This document shows positions 63,550-64,000 of a stretch of DNA of 64,000 bases, piece after piece. The stretch spans positions 4,682,389 through 4,746,388 of the forward strand of contig CM121343.1 in assembly GCA_051530055.1 (NCBI GenBank). Reading direction: 5' to 3'. The position numbers were made by a program, and so were the translations under genes. Each line of letters opens with the position of its first letter. The first letter of the stretch is position 1. This stretch comes from Neoechinorhynchus agilis. Taxonomy: Eukaryota; Animalia; Acanthocephala. The notes beneath the pieces were generated by a model, which saw only the letters and a program-made list of their open reading frames with translations, was not told where the DNA came from and did not search any database.

Positions 63550-64000
63550 TGGATTCTTCCCCGTATTTTGTGACTTTATAGATTTTTGTTCATAAAAACT
63601 TCTCCAGATTTGGAACGAATTGATCGAAATAGGCTAGACGGACGGCCGAACGGTCAAGTTTAAACAATGTTCAATTAACTCATAAATTGTAACAACAACG
63701 TCGAAATGAAGACCAGATTTTCAATCAGCGGATAGAGAAATTCCAGAGTGACACCACGAGGACCAACGGTGAAGTATCAGCGATATTCAATTTGGCGAAG
63801 TTACTTGAAAAATTTCGATTTTACCCCGTATTTTTTGATGTCATAGGTTTTTGTAACGTTACCAAATTTTTTAAATTTTTCCACGTATTTTTTGGCGTCA
63901 TATGTTTTTGTGACGTCAGCAAATAAATTTTATTCCTCCGCGTATTTCGTCACGTCGAGCATTTTGATCATAAAAACCTAACAGTGATAGCTACGGCGCA

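Noticed and set aside
37550-63996. GCTACGG present both left of the satellite and near the window end
   Set aside because: A 7-bp match is expected by chance, and the right copy is ~440 bp from the array end.

Overview
Eukaryotic (invertebrate-like) AT-rich DNA with mostly 35-90 bp introns; the organism cannot be identified from sequence alone. The left 37.5 kb holds a complete L1CAM/neuroglian-family gene (minus, 1466-7948; 6 Ig + 5 FN3 + TM + FVGQY tail) and a WDFY3/ALFY-like BEACH gene (minus, 12006-22729) with a 7.2-kb first coding exon and no FYVE domain that I can find. It also holds a small RS-rich SRI-domain gene, a U2SURP-like CID fragment and a TOPORS-like RING gene whose two halves are in different frames. 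Interspersed are decayed mobile elements (two copies of one CRE-clade retrotransposon, a hAT-Charlie remnant, a LINE APE remnant, a gag-like ORF1), a perfect (TGG)80 tract, and a 3.7-kb 67-bp satellite that appears to split a gag zinc knuckle. The right 26 kb (37558-63549) is a satellite of 21-bp and 14-bp units built on the palindrome GATGACGTCATC, which contains a perfect CRE (TGACGTCA). It has orientation switches at ~37885 and ~49838, so most of it forms one large imperfect inverted repeat with mirror-ordered variants. All long ORFs in that satellite are most likely artefacts of the 21-bp period. Protein family assignments rest on my recall of family motifs, not on database searches.
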